In this document: positions 53,305 through 64,000 of the stretch, one piece after another
Layout of the letters: every line of letters begins with the position of its first letter
Position numbering within the stretch: the stretch's first letter is position 1
NCBI RefSeq assembly: GCF_024223415.1
Contig: NZ_CP100500.1
DNA: 64,000 nucleotides
Reading direction: 5' to 3' (one strand)
Source: Escherichia coli
GTDB taxonomy: Bacteria; Pseudomonadota; Gammaproteobacteria; Enterobacterales; Enterobacteriaceae
Position numbers and translations under genes: made by a program
The notes under the pieces: model-generated
Told to the model about the DNA's origin: nothing
What the model saw: the letters and a program-made list of their open reading frames with translations, nothing else
Databases searched by the model: none

Positions 53305-54792
53305 ATGTGGTTTCACTTTCTGCAATTAAGGTCGGCTTTGAATATCTCCTCTGCTTTACGCCAGGTTGTTCACGGCACTCGCTGGCACGCTAAACGCAAG
53401 AGCTACAAAGTGTTGTTCTGGCGCGAGATAACCCCGCTTGCTGTTCCTATCTTCATGGAGAATGCCTGTGTCCTGTTGATGGGGGTTCTGAGCACTTTTC
53501 TGGTCAGCTGGCTGGGAAAAGATGCGATGGCCGGCGTGGGATTGGCGGACAGCTTCAATATGGTCATTATGGCTTTTTTTGCTGCTATCGATCTTGGTAC
53601 TACTGTCGTTGTGGCATTTAGTCTCGGTAAGCGGGATCGACGACGAGCGAGGGTGGCGACGCGGCAGTCATTGGTGATCATGACGTTGTTTGCCGTACTG
53701 TTGGCAACGATTATTCATCATTTTGGCGAGCAAATTATTGATTTTGTCGCGGGTGATGCCACGACAGAAGTTAAAGCACTGGCGTTGACTTATCTGGAGC
53801 TGACGGTACTCAGTTATCCAGCAGCTGCCATCACTTTGATTGGTAGCGGGGCACTTCGTGGTGCAGGGAATACGAAAATACCGCTACTGATTAACGGTAG
53901 CCTGAATATTCTTAATATTATTATTAGCGGCATATTGATTTACGGCCTTTTCTCCTGGCCGGGACTGGGATTTGTCGGGGCTGGGTTGGGGTTAACCATT
54001 TCTCGTTATATTGGCGCAGTGGCAATTTTGTGGGTGCTGGCGATTGGTTTTAATCCTGCGCTAAGGATTTCGTTAAAGAGCTATTTTAAACCGCTGAATT
54101 TTAGCATTATCTGGGAAGTCATGGGGATTGGTATTCCCGCGAGTGTCGAATCAGTGTTATTTACCAGTGGTCGGTTATTAACCCAAATGTTCGTTGCCGG
54201 GATGGGGACCAGTGTTATTGCCGGAAATTTTATCGCGTTTTCAATTGCGGCTCTTATCAACTTACCCGGAAGTGCGCTCGGCTCTGCTTCTACGATCATT
54301 ACAGGCCGAAGGTTGGGTGTAGGACAGATAGCGCAAGCAGAGATTCAGTTGCGGCATGTGTTCTGGCTTTCCACTCTTGGATTAACGGCCATCGCCTGGC
54401 TAACGGCTCCCTTTGCCGGGGTTATGGCATCGTTTTACACCCAGGATCCACAGGTTAAACATGTCGTTGTGATTCTGATTTGGCTAAATGCTTTATTTAT
54501 GCCTATTTGGTCTGCCTCATGGGTGCTACCCGCTGGATTTAAGGGTGCTCGCGATGCACGTTACGCCATGTGGGTTTCTATGTTGAGCATGTGGGGTTGC
54601 CGGGTTGTAGTCGGTTATGTGCTGGGAATCATGCTTGGCTGGGGTGTGGTTGGTGTCTGGATGGGAATGTTTGCCGACTGGGCTGTGCGGGCCGTGCTGT
54701 TTTACTGGCGAATGGTTACTGGACGTTGGCTGTGGAAATATCCTCGACCTGAGCCGCAAAAGTGTGAAAAAAAGCCAGTTGTGTCGGAATAA
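53305..54792 (+). CDS. yeeO: MATE-family multidrug/flavin efflux transporter YeeO
   Basis: ORF 53152..54792; 495-aa product from MWFHFLQLRSALN (53305); multi-TM. Confidence 0.85.
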   Translation: MWFHFLQLRSALNISSALRQVVHGTRWHAKRKSYKVLFWREITPLAVPIFMENACVLLMGVLSTFLVSWLGKDAMAGVGLADSFNMVIMAFFAAIDLGTTVVVAFSLGKRDRRRARVATRQSLVIMTLFAVLLATIIHHFGEQIIDFVAGDATTEVKALALTYLELTVLSYPAAAITLIGSGALRGAGNTKIPLLINGSLNILNIIISGILIYGLFSWPGLGFVGAGLGLTISRYIGAVAILWVLAIGFNPALRISLKSYFKPLNFSIIWEVMGIGIPASVESVLFTSGRLLTQMFVAGMGTSVIAGNFIAFSIAALINLPGSALGSASTIITGRRLGVGQIAQAEIQLRHVFWLSTLGLTAIAWLTAPFAGVMASFYTQDPQVKHVVVILIWLNALFMPIWSASWVLPAGFKGARDARYAMWVSMLSMWGCRVVVGYVLGIMLGWGVVGVWMGMFADWAVRAVLFYWRMVTGRWLWKYPRPEPQKCEKKPVVSE

Positions 54793-54845
54793 ACGACAAA
54801 GTGCAGATTATTTCAGCAAACGATTTCAAATTTAAAAAACAGGCT

Positions 54846-54874
54846 TTGACATTGTGGATGAGCGTCGCTAATAT
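54846..54874 (+). promoter_or_regulatory. Sigma-70 promoter of tRNA-Asn (TTGACA-17-TAATAT)
   Basis: TTGACAttgtggatgagcgtcgcTAATAT about 19 bp upstream of the tRNA 5' end. Confidence 0.75.
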
Positions 54875-54892
54875 TCGCCTCGTTCTCACGAT

Positions 54893-54968
54893 TCCTCTGT
54901 AGTTCAGTCGGTAGAACGGCGGACTGTTAATCCGTATGTCACTGGTTCGAGTCCAGTCAGAGGAGCCA
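54893..54968 (+). tRNA. asnW: tRNA-Asn (anticodon GUU)
   Basis: TCCTCTGTAGTTCAGTCGGTAGAACGGCGGACTGTTAATCCGTATGTCACTGGTTCGAGTCCAGTCAGAGGAGCCA. Confidence 0.95.
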
Positions 54969-55423
54969 AATTTTAGTTTTGAGATATCTCTATAAGTCTC
55001 AAAACAGTTAAAAAATAAAAATTATTTTTACCCGGCCGCTTTGTAAAAAAAAGTGGCCGGGTTTTTTGATTTCTGTGTTTCGTGCGCTTAATCGAGTCTC
55101 ACGCTTCAGTGAGCAAATTGCCCCTCCCCAACAGACATCACGATTCACAGGGTCAAAAATTCTGTTCCATGAAGTACCGTACAAAGATAAAGAGAAAAAT
55201 GCCTTATGCGGGATGTAGCTGTCGCGTCTTTATCGGGAAACTATACGTAATTGCCACTTTGTCTTCGGTAATCAGAAAAAGAAGACCTGGAATTTTAATA
55301 AATATTATTTCTCTGGGGGCGGTATTTTTATAATCAATATGACGAGTTGAACATTATATTTATTATAAGAATTATATGAAATTAAAGAAATCTGCCATAA
55401 AGACAGATTTCTTTAAAATATAA

Positions 55424-56140
55424 TTAGAGATTTGCGACGTTATGATAAACTTTTTGAACATCGTCGTCATCTTCAAGGGCATCAACAAGCCCTTCAAAGA
55501 TTTCTAAATCTTCTGGGGAAAGCTCAACTTCAGATTGAGCAATCATTTCTAATTCTGTTGTTGAGAACTCAGTGATTCCAGCAGCTTTTAGAGCCGCGAT
55601 TCCTTTATGAAGGTCAGTAGGTTCAGTATAAATAACAATATTACCTTCTTCTTCAGTTACATCACGAACATCAACTTCAGCTTCAAGTAAAATTTCAAAA
55701 ATATGGTCAGGGTCTGTTCCTTTAAATACAATCACACCCGTATTGTCAAACATATAGCTGACAGAACCTGCCGCTCCGATATTGCCGCCTTTTTTATTGA
55801 AAATTGTGCGAACGTTAGCAATCGTACGGTTAACATTTGAAGTCAAGGTCTCGGCGATAATCATTGAGCCATTAGGACCAAAGCCTTCATAACGGCCCTG
55901 CACGAACGTTTCATCTCCGCCGCCTTTGGCTTTATCAATTGCTTTATCAATAACATGCTTTGGAACTTGTGCCTGCTTTGCTCGTTCAATAACGAATTTT
56001 AAAGATGTGTTTAATTCTGGATCGGGTTCACCTTGTTTGGCAGCAGCATAGATTTCTACACCGAATTTTGCATAAATTTTAGACGTCGCACCGTCTTTAG
56101 CCGTTTTTTTAGCAACAATATTGGCCCATTTACGTCCCAC
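55424..56140 (-). CDS. yeeN: YebC/PmpR-family probable transcriptional regulator YeeN
   Basis: 238-aa [47 protein letters not shown]... Confidence 0.9.
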
Positions 56141-56481
56141 TGGAATGATCTCCTCGAAAATTTATTTACATTACTGGTAAATCGTTAACATGTGTTAATT
56201 CGGCATATTATATCATAACAGGAAAAATCTCGTCTATTAGAAATAAAAATATTCTAAATCCATAATCTTATATTTAATCTCATAAAAACTAATGTTGTTG
56301 GCGGATTTTTTTATAATTGTGTTTTGAAAGCATACTTGCTTTTAATATGTGGAAATCATTAAGGCTATAATAAAACTCGCATCTGCCCAAGGAAGCAAAC
56401 AGCCTGCTTTATTGCAGGCTATTTGCTGGATGACTTACTAAATCCTTCACATCTATTCCTGATAAAAAGGAACAGAACTTA

Positions 56482-57936
56482 TTACCGGAACGGCGGTTCA
56501 TTAAAGGTTCGTAATTTACGTGAATGCAGTCGGTCGCCTTCTGCGCGCAGCAAATCGATCGCCCGAATGCCAATTTGCAGGTGTTCGGAAATAGCGCCTT
56601 CATAAAAACGGTTAGCCTGACCGGGAAGTTTAATCTCACCATGCAACGGTTTATCTGAAACACACAGTAGTGTCCCGTATGGCACGCGGAAACGATATCC
56701 TTGCGCGGCAATGGTTGCACTTTCCATATCAATTGCTACGGCCCGGCTTAAGTTAAAACGAAGTGCAGAAGCTGAGTAACGTAATTCCCAGTTCCTGTCA
56801 TCTGTGGTTACCACAGTGCCAGTACGTAGCCGCTGTTTAACTTCCTCACCGGGCCTGCCGCTGACTAACTTGGTAGCGTCATAAAGCGCACGTTGCACTT
56901 CAGCAATGCTCGGAATAGGAATATCGGGCGGCAGTACCGCATCAAGAACGTGGTCATCGCGTAAATAAGCGTGTGCAAGTACATAATCTCCAATGGCCTG
57001 GCTTTCACGTAAGCCACCACAGTGACCAATCATCAACCAGACATCCGGGCGTAGTACTGCCAGATGATCGCAGATGGTTTTAGCATTTGACGGTCCCACG
57101 CCAATATTCACCAGAGTAATACCCTGACCATCGGCGGTAATTAAATGCCATGCTGGCATCTGGTGTTTTTTCCATGCAAGGTCGGAAATGGCTTCTTCTG
57201 GCGCTTCGGTTTCGGCGGTGATCCAGTTCCCGCCAGCACAAGAAAGGGCAATGTAGGGACTATCAGGATCGAGGATCTGGCTGCATCCCCAACGAACGAA
57301 TTCATCCACATAACGTGTGTAGTTGGTAAACAAGACGAACGGCTGAAAATGTTCAACTGGCGTACCGGTATAATGGCGCAACCGCGCGAGGGAAAAATCG
57401 ACGCGGCGCGCATCAAAATGCGATAGCGGGGAGAATTCCGTTGGATGATAAATGCCGTCTGCAGTTTCATCGCCAATTTGCGCCAGTTCTGTTGTCGGGA
57501 AGTAGCGAGTTAACCCAGCGCTCATTGAGCGATCAAGGGTCAATTCTGAGCCATCGATGACATAAGGATAAGGGATTTCATGCTGCGAGGGTTGCACCGA
57601 GATATGCGCACCATAATCCTGATACAGCAACGTAAGTTGTTCATTGAGATACGAACGAAAGAGAGTAGGGCGAGTAATCGTGGTGGTGTAGCTGCCTGCG
57701 TGGGTAAAACGACCAAATGCGCGCGTTTTGGGGGGATTGGTTGTGCTACCGTCCCAGGTTACGGTCAGTGATGGATAGACAAAAAGACCTTGTTTGCGGG
57801 CGTTTTCATCAGGTAATTCGCCACTTTTAATATATTTGCCAATGGCGTTGCGTAAAGCGACTACAGATTGCTCATACAGCGCGTCGAGTTTATCCAGTGC
57901 CTGAGCTGGGGTCAGACCGGAGCCCTTATTATTCAT
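56482..57936 (-). CDS. amn: AMP nucleosidase
   Basis: ORF 56482..58092; 484-aa product from MNNKGSGLTPAQALDKLDALYEQ (57936). Confidence 0.92.
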   Translation of the reverse strand: MNNKGSGLTPAQALDKLDALYEQSVVALRNAIGKYIKSGELPDENARKQGLFVYPSLTVTWDGSTTNPPKTRAFGRFTHAGSYTTTITRPTLFRSYLNEQLTLLYQDYGAHISVQPSQHEIPYPYVIDGSELTLDRSMSAGLTRYFPTTELAQIGDETADGIYHPTEFSPLSHFDARRVDFSLARLRHYTGTPVEHFQPFVLFTNYTRYVDEFVRWGCSQILDPDSPYIALSCAGGNWITAETEAPEEAISDLAWKKHQMPAWHLITADGQGITLVNIGVGPSNAKTICDHLAVLRPDVWLMIGHCGGLRESQAIGDYVLAHAYLRDDHVLDAVLPPDIPIPSIAEVQRALYDATKLVSGRPGEEVKQRLRTGTVVTTDDRNWELRYSASALRFNLSRAVAIDMESATIAAQGYRFRVPYGTLLCVSDKPLHGEIKLPGQANRFYEGAISEHLQIGIRAIDLLRAEGDRLHSRKLRTFNEPPFR

Positions 57937-58037
57937 GTGTGTCTCCTGTTCCATACAATTACCGCACATCCGATAGTATGTCACAGGAATGTGAAACAAA
58001 AGTGTAAGGCGAAGATCGGATGATCTTCGCCAGGCTA

Positions 58038-59354
58038 TTAAGCGCGTTGATTGTCTTTCATCAACAAAGCGGTCATTGCGGAAATCAGGCATCCAGCCAG
58101 CAAATAAATGGCGACGCTATGCCAGTTCCCCGCAAAGTAAGTGATGAGTGCAGCGGCAATGAAAGGTGTAAATCCACCGCCAACCACACTGGCAACCTGA
58201 TATCCGACTCCAGCGCCACTATAGCGATAACTGGCACCAAACATTTCGGTAAACATCGGTTGTTGTACACACACCACCATGTCATGCGCAATGTTTGCCA
58301 GCATTATGGAGAAGAAAACTATCCAGAAAATAGATTGTGCTTCAAGCGCCATAAAGAAAGGAAATGCGCTCAACGTTCCGATTAACGCACCTGTGATATA
58401 AACCCTGCGGCGACCAAAACGATCGGCAAGCCAGGCAAAACAGGGAATTGTCAGGCAGCTTAATCCACCTACCAGCAAACCAATATTGAGGAAAAGTTCG
58501 CGCGGTAACCCCATATTCTGGGTTGAATAATTAAGTGCGAAGGCGGTAACGATGTACATCGTCAGCAACTCGCACAGTCGTAGCGCAATAATCTTCAGGA
58601 AAGCACCGGGATGTCGTAATAGTGCTTCGATAACCGGGATGCGTTTTTTCGCGGCCGCTTGATTATGTTGCTGTTGTTCAAATTCCGCGGACTCCTCCAT
58701 GCCATTACGCACCCACAATGCTCCCAGTACCAGTACGATGCTAAACAGGAAAGGAATGCGCCAGCCCCAGCTTAAAAACTGTTCGTCAGTCGTCATCATA
58801 CTGATCAATGAAACCAGTCCGGTTGAAAGCAGTAAACCTACACCGTAGCCAACTTGTACACCGCTACTGTAAAAGGCTTTTTTATTTTTCGGAGCACTTT
58901 CAACGGAAAGCAACGCTGCGCCTCCCCATTCGCCGCCGACGGCAAATCCCTGAATGGCACGCAGCGTCACCAGTAAAATGGGGGCCCACCACCCAATGGT
59001 CGAGAAGGAAGGAAGAATACCAATCAAGGCTGTCGCGATACCCATCATCCAGACGGTCAGCATTAACATGCGTTTACGTCCCAGTCGGTCGCCAAAGTGA
59101 CCGAAAATGACACCGCCGAGCGGACGGAACAGGAATCCGACACCAAAGGTGGCAAATGCGGCGAGCGTTCCCATAGCAGGGCTTACTTGCGGGAAAAACT
59201 CGCGATTAAACACCAGTGCGGCGGTAATGCCATAGAGTAAAAAATCATACCAGTCGACGACGGCACCAGCGAAACTGCCTAACGCAGCTCGTCGGGCGCG
59301 ACTTAACGAAAGCGTCCCTTCATCGGGACGAGTGGAGATGAGCGTGGAGTCCAT
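58038..59354 (-). CDS. shiA: Shikimate transporter (MFS)
   Basis: 438-aa multi-TM ORF MDSTLISTRPDEGTLSLSRARRAALGSFAGAVVDWYDFLLYG... Confidence 0.92.
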   Translation of the reverse strand: MDSTLISTRPDEGTLSLSRARRAALGSFAGAVVDWYDFLLYGITAALVFNREFFPQVSPAMGTLAAFATFGVGFLFRPLGGVIFGHFGDRLGRKRMLMLTVWMMGIATALIGILPSFSTIGWWAPILLVTLRAIQGFAVGGEWGGAALLSVESAPKNKKAFYSSGVQVGYGVGLLLSTGLVSLISMMTTDEQFLSWGWRIPFLFSIVLVLGALWVRNGMEESAEFEQQQHNQAAAKKRIPVIEALLRHPGAFLKIIALRLCELLTMYIVTAFALNYSTQNMGLPRELFLNIGLLVGGLSCLTIPCFAWLADRFGRRRVYITGALIGTLSAFPFFMALEAQSIFWIVFFSIMLANIAHDMVVCVQQPMFTEMFGASYRYSGAGVGYQVASVVGGGFTPFIAAALITYFAGNWHSVAIYLLAGCLISAMTALLMKDNQRA

Positions 59355-59659
59355 AATGATCCTGTTTGTACTGTCTTTTTATAATTAGTATGGAAAAGGT
59401 AACTCACATTGCCGTCGATCTATAAACGAACCTTATGAGACTACCTCGACAGAGCGCATCTGCAAATGATTTTATGGCTGATTAACGGCAACATGAAAAA
59501 TTCGATGGAAGATGAAAGCGCAGGAGTTGCATAAGGATTAAGCAGGGCACCTACAGTTTTGAGATATGAAACATAAAAGTCCGCATATGCACAAAATTGC
59601 CCCCTGATGATTCTGATAGACTGCATTGCATTATAACCAGTAGGGAGGCGAGGTTAATT

Positions 59660-60712
59660 ATGTTTTTAGCATCATTGTTGAGACGTATTGCATTTAGTTA
59701 CTACGATTATAAAGCTTATAATTTCAATATTGAAAAAACAGACTTTGTTGTTATCCATATTCCCGATCAAATTGGCGATGCTATGGCCATCTTTCCAGTT
59801 ATTCGGGCGCTTGAAATGCATAAAATTAAGCGTCTTTTAATTGTTACTTCGACAATTAATTTAGAAGTCTTTAATACGCTCAAACTTGAACAGACTAAAT
59901 TAACATTAGTCACAATGACTATGCAGGATCACGCAACATTAAAAGAAATAAAAGATTTAGCGAAGAACATAACACAGCAATACGGTACGCCGGATCTTTG
60001 TATAGAGGCGATGCGTAAAAAGAACCTGAAAACGATGTTATTTATCAGTCAGTTGAAAGCAAAAACGAATTTTCAGGTAGTCGGTTTAACCATGCAGTGC
60101 TATTCCCCTTTGTGTAAGAACGCGTCCCGGATGGATCAGCATCTCAGGGCTCCCGTACCCATGACATGGGCATTTATGATGCGTGAGGCGGGTTTTCCAG
60201 CAGTCAGGCCAATATATGAATTGCCATTAAGCGAGGATGTACTCGATGAGGTGCGCGAGCAAATGCGATCGTTAGGATCTTACATTGCGCTTAATTTAGA
60301 AGGTAGCTCGCAGGAGCGTACATTTTCATTATCGATTGCAGAAAATCTAATAGCAAAAATTCAAAGTGAAACAGATATGCCAATAGTGATCGTTCATGGA
60401 CCCAAAGGGGAAGATAAAGCCAGGGTATTAGTGGATTGTTATAATAATGTCTTCCGTTTATCCTTATCATCCTCGATTAAACGTTCGGCAGCAATCATAA
60501 AAGATGCTTATATCGCAATAACTCCTGACACCTCAATATTACATATGGCAAGTGCCTATAATACCCCCGTTGTTGCAATTTATGCTGATTACAAAACGCG
60601 ATGGCCCGCAATGGCCGATGTCTCGGAGTCAGTCGTCGTTGGACAAAAAATTGACAATATAAGTCTGGATGAATTCGCAAAGGCATTAAAAAGTGTTTTG
60701 TCGAGAATATGA
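59660..60712 (+). CDS. yeeL: Glycosyltransferase family 9 (heptosyltransferase-like) protein, uninterrupted frame
   Basis: ORF 59597..60712; SD ggaggcgagg precedes ATG 59660 (MFLASLLRRIAFSYYDYKAYNF...), 350 aa. Confidence 0.7.
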   Translation: MFLASLLRRIAFSYYDYKAYNFNIEKTDFVVIHIPDQIGDAMAIFPVIRALEMHKIKRLLIVTSTINLEVFNTLKLEQTKLTLVTMTMQDHATLKEIKDLAKNITQQYGTPDLCIEAMRKKNLKTMLFISQLKAKTNFQVVGLTMQCYSPLCKNASRMDQHLRAPVPMTWAFMMREAGFPAVRPIYELPLSEDVLDEVREQMRSLGSYIALNLEGSSQERTFSLSIAENLIAKIQSETDMPIVIVHGPKGEDKARVLVDCYNNVFRLSLSSSIKRSAAIIKDAYIAITPDTSILHMASAYNTPVVAIYADYKTRWPAMADVSESVVVGQKIDNISLDEFAKALKSVLSRI

Positions 60713-60971
60713 GGAGTACTTATGCATAGTAGTACCGAACTGTTATGAACGGTGGTGTCATCAATACTCTGAGGCTGGTCAATCATCACAGAAAGCCAGC
60801 CTTTGGATCAAAGCAATACTCACCAAATACGATCATAGTCACACCGAACGCGATTCAGGTGGTGCCGTATTGTTATTTATTCATTTTCTTTGAGAGAGGG
60901 CAAGCTCTATAGTGGGAATGTAAAAAAGAGTGCCCCGAATGGAGCACTCTTTAAGAAATTATAGCGGAAAA

Positions 60972-63900
60972 TCAGAGGTTTTTATAACATGTCGCATAAG
61001 CAAACCCAAGCTTTTCAAATACGCTTTGATCACCTGTTGCCAGGGAAACTACGTATTGTTCGCTTGAGTTTGCGGGACTAGATGACCAATACATATTTGA
61101 TTGAAAACCAGCTTCAGTCGTGTAATGCCCCATATCTCCCCATTCACTGTACAGTGACCCGATGCCTCGGGAACGACTATGGTTTAAATGGTCTGCACGG
61201 GGAAGTGTGTAGCCATTGCTACTGCAAAAATTTTCAGCAAGGCTGTATATCATGAAAGCATCGCCGGCGTTCACCCACCAACTCTTCACACGGATTTCGT
61301 ATACATAGCTAGGGCCTCCTGATTTTGGCGTCGCCGTAATCCTTTCCCAATTGCTGCCGACATTTTTAAATGTCACTTTACCGGTAGCATCAACATCGAC
61401 CCAGGAGGCAGAGCTTGAAAACTCATAATCAGCCGCCGTTTTTCCTGGGGCAAAGTTGTCATTATTCAACTGATAATACGCCCCAGTGAACCCCTGCGAA
61501 GGGAATGTAGTTGTCGGTAGGTCAGTACCATTGACTGATACTGTACCGCTCATTATTTTGTCTTCTGCGCGAGTGAATTGTATTGTGGTACTCAGACCAG
61601 CTTGATGAACACCATTCAATACAGGGATCAGCGTTGCGATACCCTCTCCGCCGCCTGTAACAGTGGCTTTGTAATCACCGTTGATATTTAGACTGTAATC
61701 AATTGCGCTAATTTTTATATAGGGCACGTTAGTACCTGATTGCACAAATTCCATCCCTTCAGAAACTTTGATCGGATTGCCTGATATATCGTGCAGAACA
61801 AGACGTAATTCAGCACTATCGGTATAGTCCCCTTTCAGTGATGACCGATTGCTCTTAAGGACGGACTGCGAGGTGTCTGCCGGGCCAGCCACCAGCGTTA
61901 TATCTACTGTTTGCATTCCACCAGCGGTCGTGACTGCGCTTACCGTGACGCTACCTGTCATCGCTCCTTTCACGCTTGTTGTCGCGATTCCGTTTTGATC
62001 GGTCACCGCTGTTAATGACGTTAATGTGGCAGAGCCGCTTTTTAAGGCGAAGTACACAGTTAGACCTTCGATCAGGTTACCACTGCCATCCTCAACCGTT
62101 GCCTTTAAGGTACTTAAATCAGTGTTGGTGGCGGCGATAGTCGATGGATCAGCGATAAAGCTAGCAACATGTGCGGTGCTTGAGTTGCCAGTGACTTTCA
62201 CGGTTGTCTGTGTCTGTATTGTTACGCCGTTATGGAACGATGCAGTCACCGTATATGTACCGACTTTATTGCTGGTCAGAACGACTGGTGCCTGACCTGA
62301 AGAGTTGGTTCTCACTTTTCCGCCACTTAACGTTGCACCTTCTGGCGTTACGCTAAAGTTGATGACCTGACCCTCCACTGGCGTGCCATTTGCAGAAGTT
62401 AGCGTTGCCGTCAGAGTTGCACCTGTTGGGGAATTGACACCGATAAGCGGGCTGGACGCCGTGAGTGTCAGTTTTTCATCAATAGCCTCCAGTTGTTTCT
62501 CAATTGAGGCTCCATTCGCCAGGGATGCTTTCACCATATACGAACCGTTTCTTTCGGGCGTCATGGTGACCTCGGCTACACCCTGCGTATTAGTAGAGAC
62601 CGTATTCTGGCTGATGATCATTTGCGAGGATGGCTCTGCACTGAATGTCACGGGTTGATGCGCAACCGGGTTGCCAAACTGGTCGTTAACGTGAGCTTTA
62701 ACTGCTACGTCTTGTGCGACCATTACCTGACCTTCAGGTATCTCCAGACTGGTAATCGTCGCAGAATTAACATCTGCACTGGCATTCAGTAATCGCGAGA
62801 TGACTTCAGTAGGTTTATCTGCCAGAGAGGCTGAAACTGTTTTCAGTCCGACCTCGGTGCTTGTCACAAGAATTTCAGCGAATCCCTGACTATCCGTTTC
62901 AACGCTGGTGCTGCTTAGCGTGACGGAGGTTCCGCGGAAATTAACTTTTATGCCTTCTACCGGGTTGCCGTTAGCGTCAGTGACGCTTACCGTCATGGTT
63001 GCGCCCTCGGTCGTGCTGACGACGAATGAGTATACAGAGGTTAAGGAGGTCAGTTGAGCGGTACCCGGATCGCCAATCAACGTCACCTGTTTCGTATCAC
63101 TGACACCATAATTGATCACGCTAACTGTCACGGGATAGGTACCGGATTTGGTACCGCTCAGAGTAACTTCAGCCTTGCCGTTGATATCAGTAATGGCGGA
63201 ACCGCCTTGTCCGAGAGTGAAGCTTGCGCTCACATCTGCCGGTAGCGTGAATGTCACCGCCTCATTGGCGAATGGGTTGCCGTTTCCATCAGTCACTGTT
63301 GCCTGAAGTTTGGTCATCCCAATGTTATTGGCGATGAAATTGTCCTCGGTAACGTTAAGATTAACCTGCGCAGTGAGCGTATCCGCAGTAAAGTTCACCA
63401 TCAGTTGTCCGCTCTTACTGCCAGCCATCGATGCTGTAACAGTATGAGCGCCTGCTTTTGTACCTTTCAGCGTGACTTTCGCTTTGCCTTCAGTATCAGT
63501 AATCGCTTTACCGCCATCGCTCAGCGTGAAGTTCGCCCTCACATCTTCCGGCAGAGTAAATGTTACCCCAGTGTTGGCTATCGCATTGCCCTCTGTATCA
63601 GCGACTGTTGCTGTTAGTGTCGTGAGATCGTTATTGTCGGCAATCACCGGATCCTTCGAGGCTGCCAGCGTGATTTCAGCATTCGCGACGTTCGGCACAT
63701 AGGTCACTGTTTGTTGCATCGAATCGCCATTGTCGAGGGTTGCCGTCACTTGATAAACCCCGGCTTTTGTAGCGGTCATGCTTGCGTATAAATAGCCGTC
63801 GTGGTTGGTAGTATTTATACCGTTATTACTGAGGGTCACGCCTTCACTCGGCGAAACGCTGAGGGTTACCTGATGCAGGGGTACACCATTGCCGTAATTA

Positions 63901-64000
63901 TCATTCACCGTAATGTAGAGAGTGGTATCGTCGCCTGCCAATTGTGTGTCATAAAGTGTATATAGCGAGGTGAGATGTGCCGTAGACGCATCAGCGTCGA
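60972..64000 (-). CDS. yeeJ: Inverse-autotransporter adhesin YeeJ, C-terminal ~1000 codons (5' part beyond window end)
   Basis: Open frame to the window edge; repeated ~95-aa Ig-like modules (...TFTLPADV...FTL..GG.AITD..GKA.VTL.GTK.G...VT.S) then a C-terminal lectin-like domain. Confidence 0.85.
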   Translation of the reverse strand, partial: DADASTAHLTSLYTLYDTQLAGDDTTLYITVNDNYGNGVPLHQVTLSVSPSEGVTLSNNGINTTNHDGYLYASMTATKAGVYQVTATLDNGDSMQQTVTYVPNVANAEITLAASKDPVIADNNDLTTLTATVADTEGNAIANTGVTFTLPEDVRANFTLSDGGKAITDTEGKAKVTLKGTKAGAHTVTASMAGSKSGQLMVNFTADTLTAQVNLNVTEDNFIANNIGMTKLQATVTDGNGNPFANEAVTFTLPADVSASFTLGQGGSAITDINGKAEVTLSGTKSGTYPVTVSVINYGVSDTKQVTLIGDPGTAQLTSLTSVYSFVVSTTEGATMTVSVTDANGNPVEGIKVNFRGTSVTLSSTSVETDSQGFAEILVTSTEVGLKTVSASLADKPTEVISRLLNASADVNSATITSLEIPEGQVMVAQDVAVKAHVNDQFGNPVAHQPVTFSAEPSSQMIISQNTVSTNTQGVAEVTMTPERNGSYMVKASLANGASIEKQLEAIDEKLTLTASSPLIGVNSPTGATLTATLTSANGTPVEGQVINFSVTPEGATLSGGKVRTNSSGQAPVVLTSNKVGTYTVTASFHNGVTIQTQTTVKVTGNSSTAHVASFIADPSTIAATNTDLSTLKATVEDGSGNLIEGLTVYFALKSGSATLTSLTAVTDQNGIATTSVKGAMTGSVTVSAVTTAGGMQTVDITLVAGPADTSQSVLKSNRSSLKGDYTDSAELRLVLHDISGNPIKVSEGMEFVQSGTNVPYIKISAIDYSLNINGDYKATVTGGGEGIATLIPVLNGVHQAGLSTTIQFTRAEDKIMSGTVSVNGTDLPTTTFPSQGFTGAYYQLNNDNFAPGKTAADYEFSSSASWVDVDATGKVTFKNVGSNWERITATPKSGGPSYVYEIRVKSWWVNAGDAFMIYSLAENFCSSNGYTLPRADHLNHSRSRGIGSLYSEWGDMGHYTTEAGFQSNMYWSSSPANSSEQYVVSLATGDQSVFEKLGFAYATCYKNL

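Noticed and set aside
56482-58092. 536-aa extended ORF for amn
   Set aside because: The N-terminal 52 codons overlap the 3' end of shiA on the same strand; the AMP nucleosidase sequence begins at MNNKGSGL (57936), so the extension is not coding.
60972-63941. Treating MAGDD... (63941) as the start of yeeJ
   Set aside because: The frame stays open to the window end and the Ig-like repeat modules continue, so this is an internal Met of a gene that starts beyond position 64000.

Overview
This window is an Escherichia coli chromosomal segment matching the K-12 his–cob neighbourhood in reverse orientation, with a roughly 30 kb accessory segment (about 15.3–47.2 kb) inserted between yeeX and cobU. 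The core backbone runs hisBCDG–hisL (minus strand) and yefM-yoeB, yeeZ, yeeY, plaP, yeeE (disrupted), yeeD, sbcB, dacD, sbmC, yeeA, yeeX on the left, and cobUST, ldtA, three tRNA-Asn genes, nac, cbl, yeeO, yeeN, amn, shiA, yeeL and the 3' part of yeeJ on the right. The accessory segment has a CP4-44-type backbone (yeeW, cbtA/cbeA toxin-antitoxin, yeeT, radC-like yeeS, antirestriction, DUF932, YeeP-family GTPase, alpA), but the slot that holds flu (antigen 43) in K-12 carries other cargo. The main candidate for a new system is a translationally coupled minus-strand operon (20781–25146) encoding a dynamin-like GTPase, a 301-aa helical protein and a patatin-like phospholipase, preceded by a leader with three closely spaced GATC sites. 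Other content includes two complete IS66-family elements with intact 8-bp target-site duplications, a decayed ISL3-like element next to a ggt remnant, and a four-gene low-GC catabolic cluster. Several genes look inactivated: cbtA (1-nt deletion), the yeeP-like GTPase (5-bp duplication), yeeE (frameshift) and a transporter (in-frame amber). No rRNA genes or CRISPR arrays were seen. All calls are from reading the sequence and ORF track; no database search was run, and K-12 comparisons are from memory.
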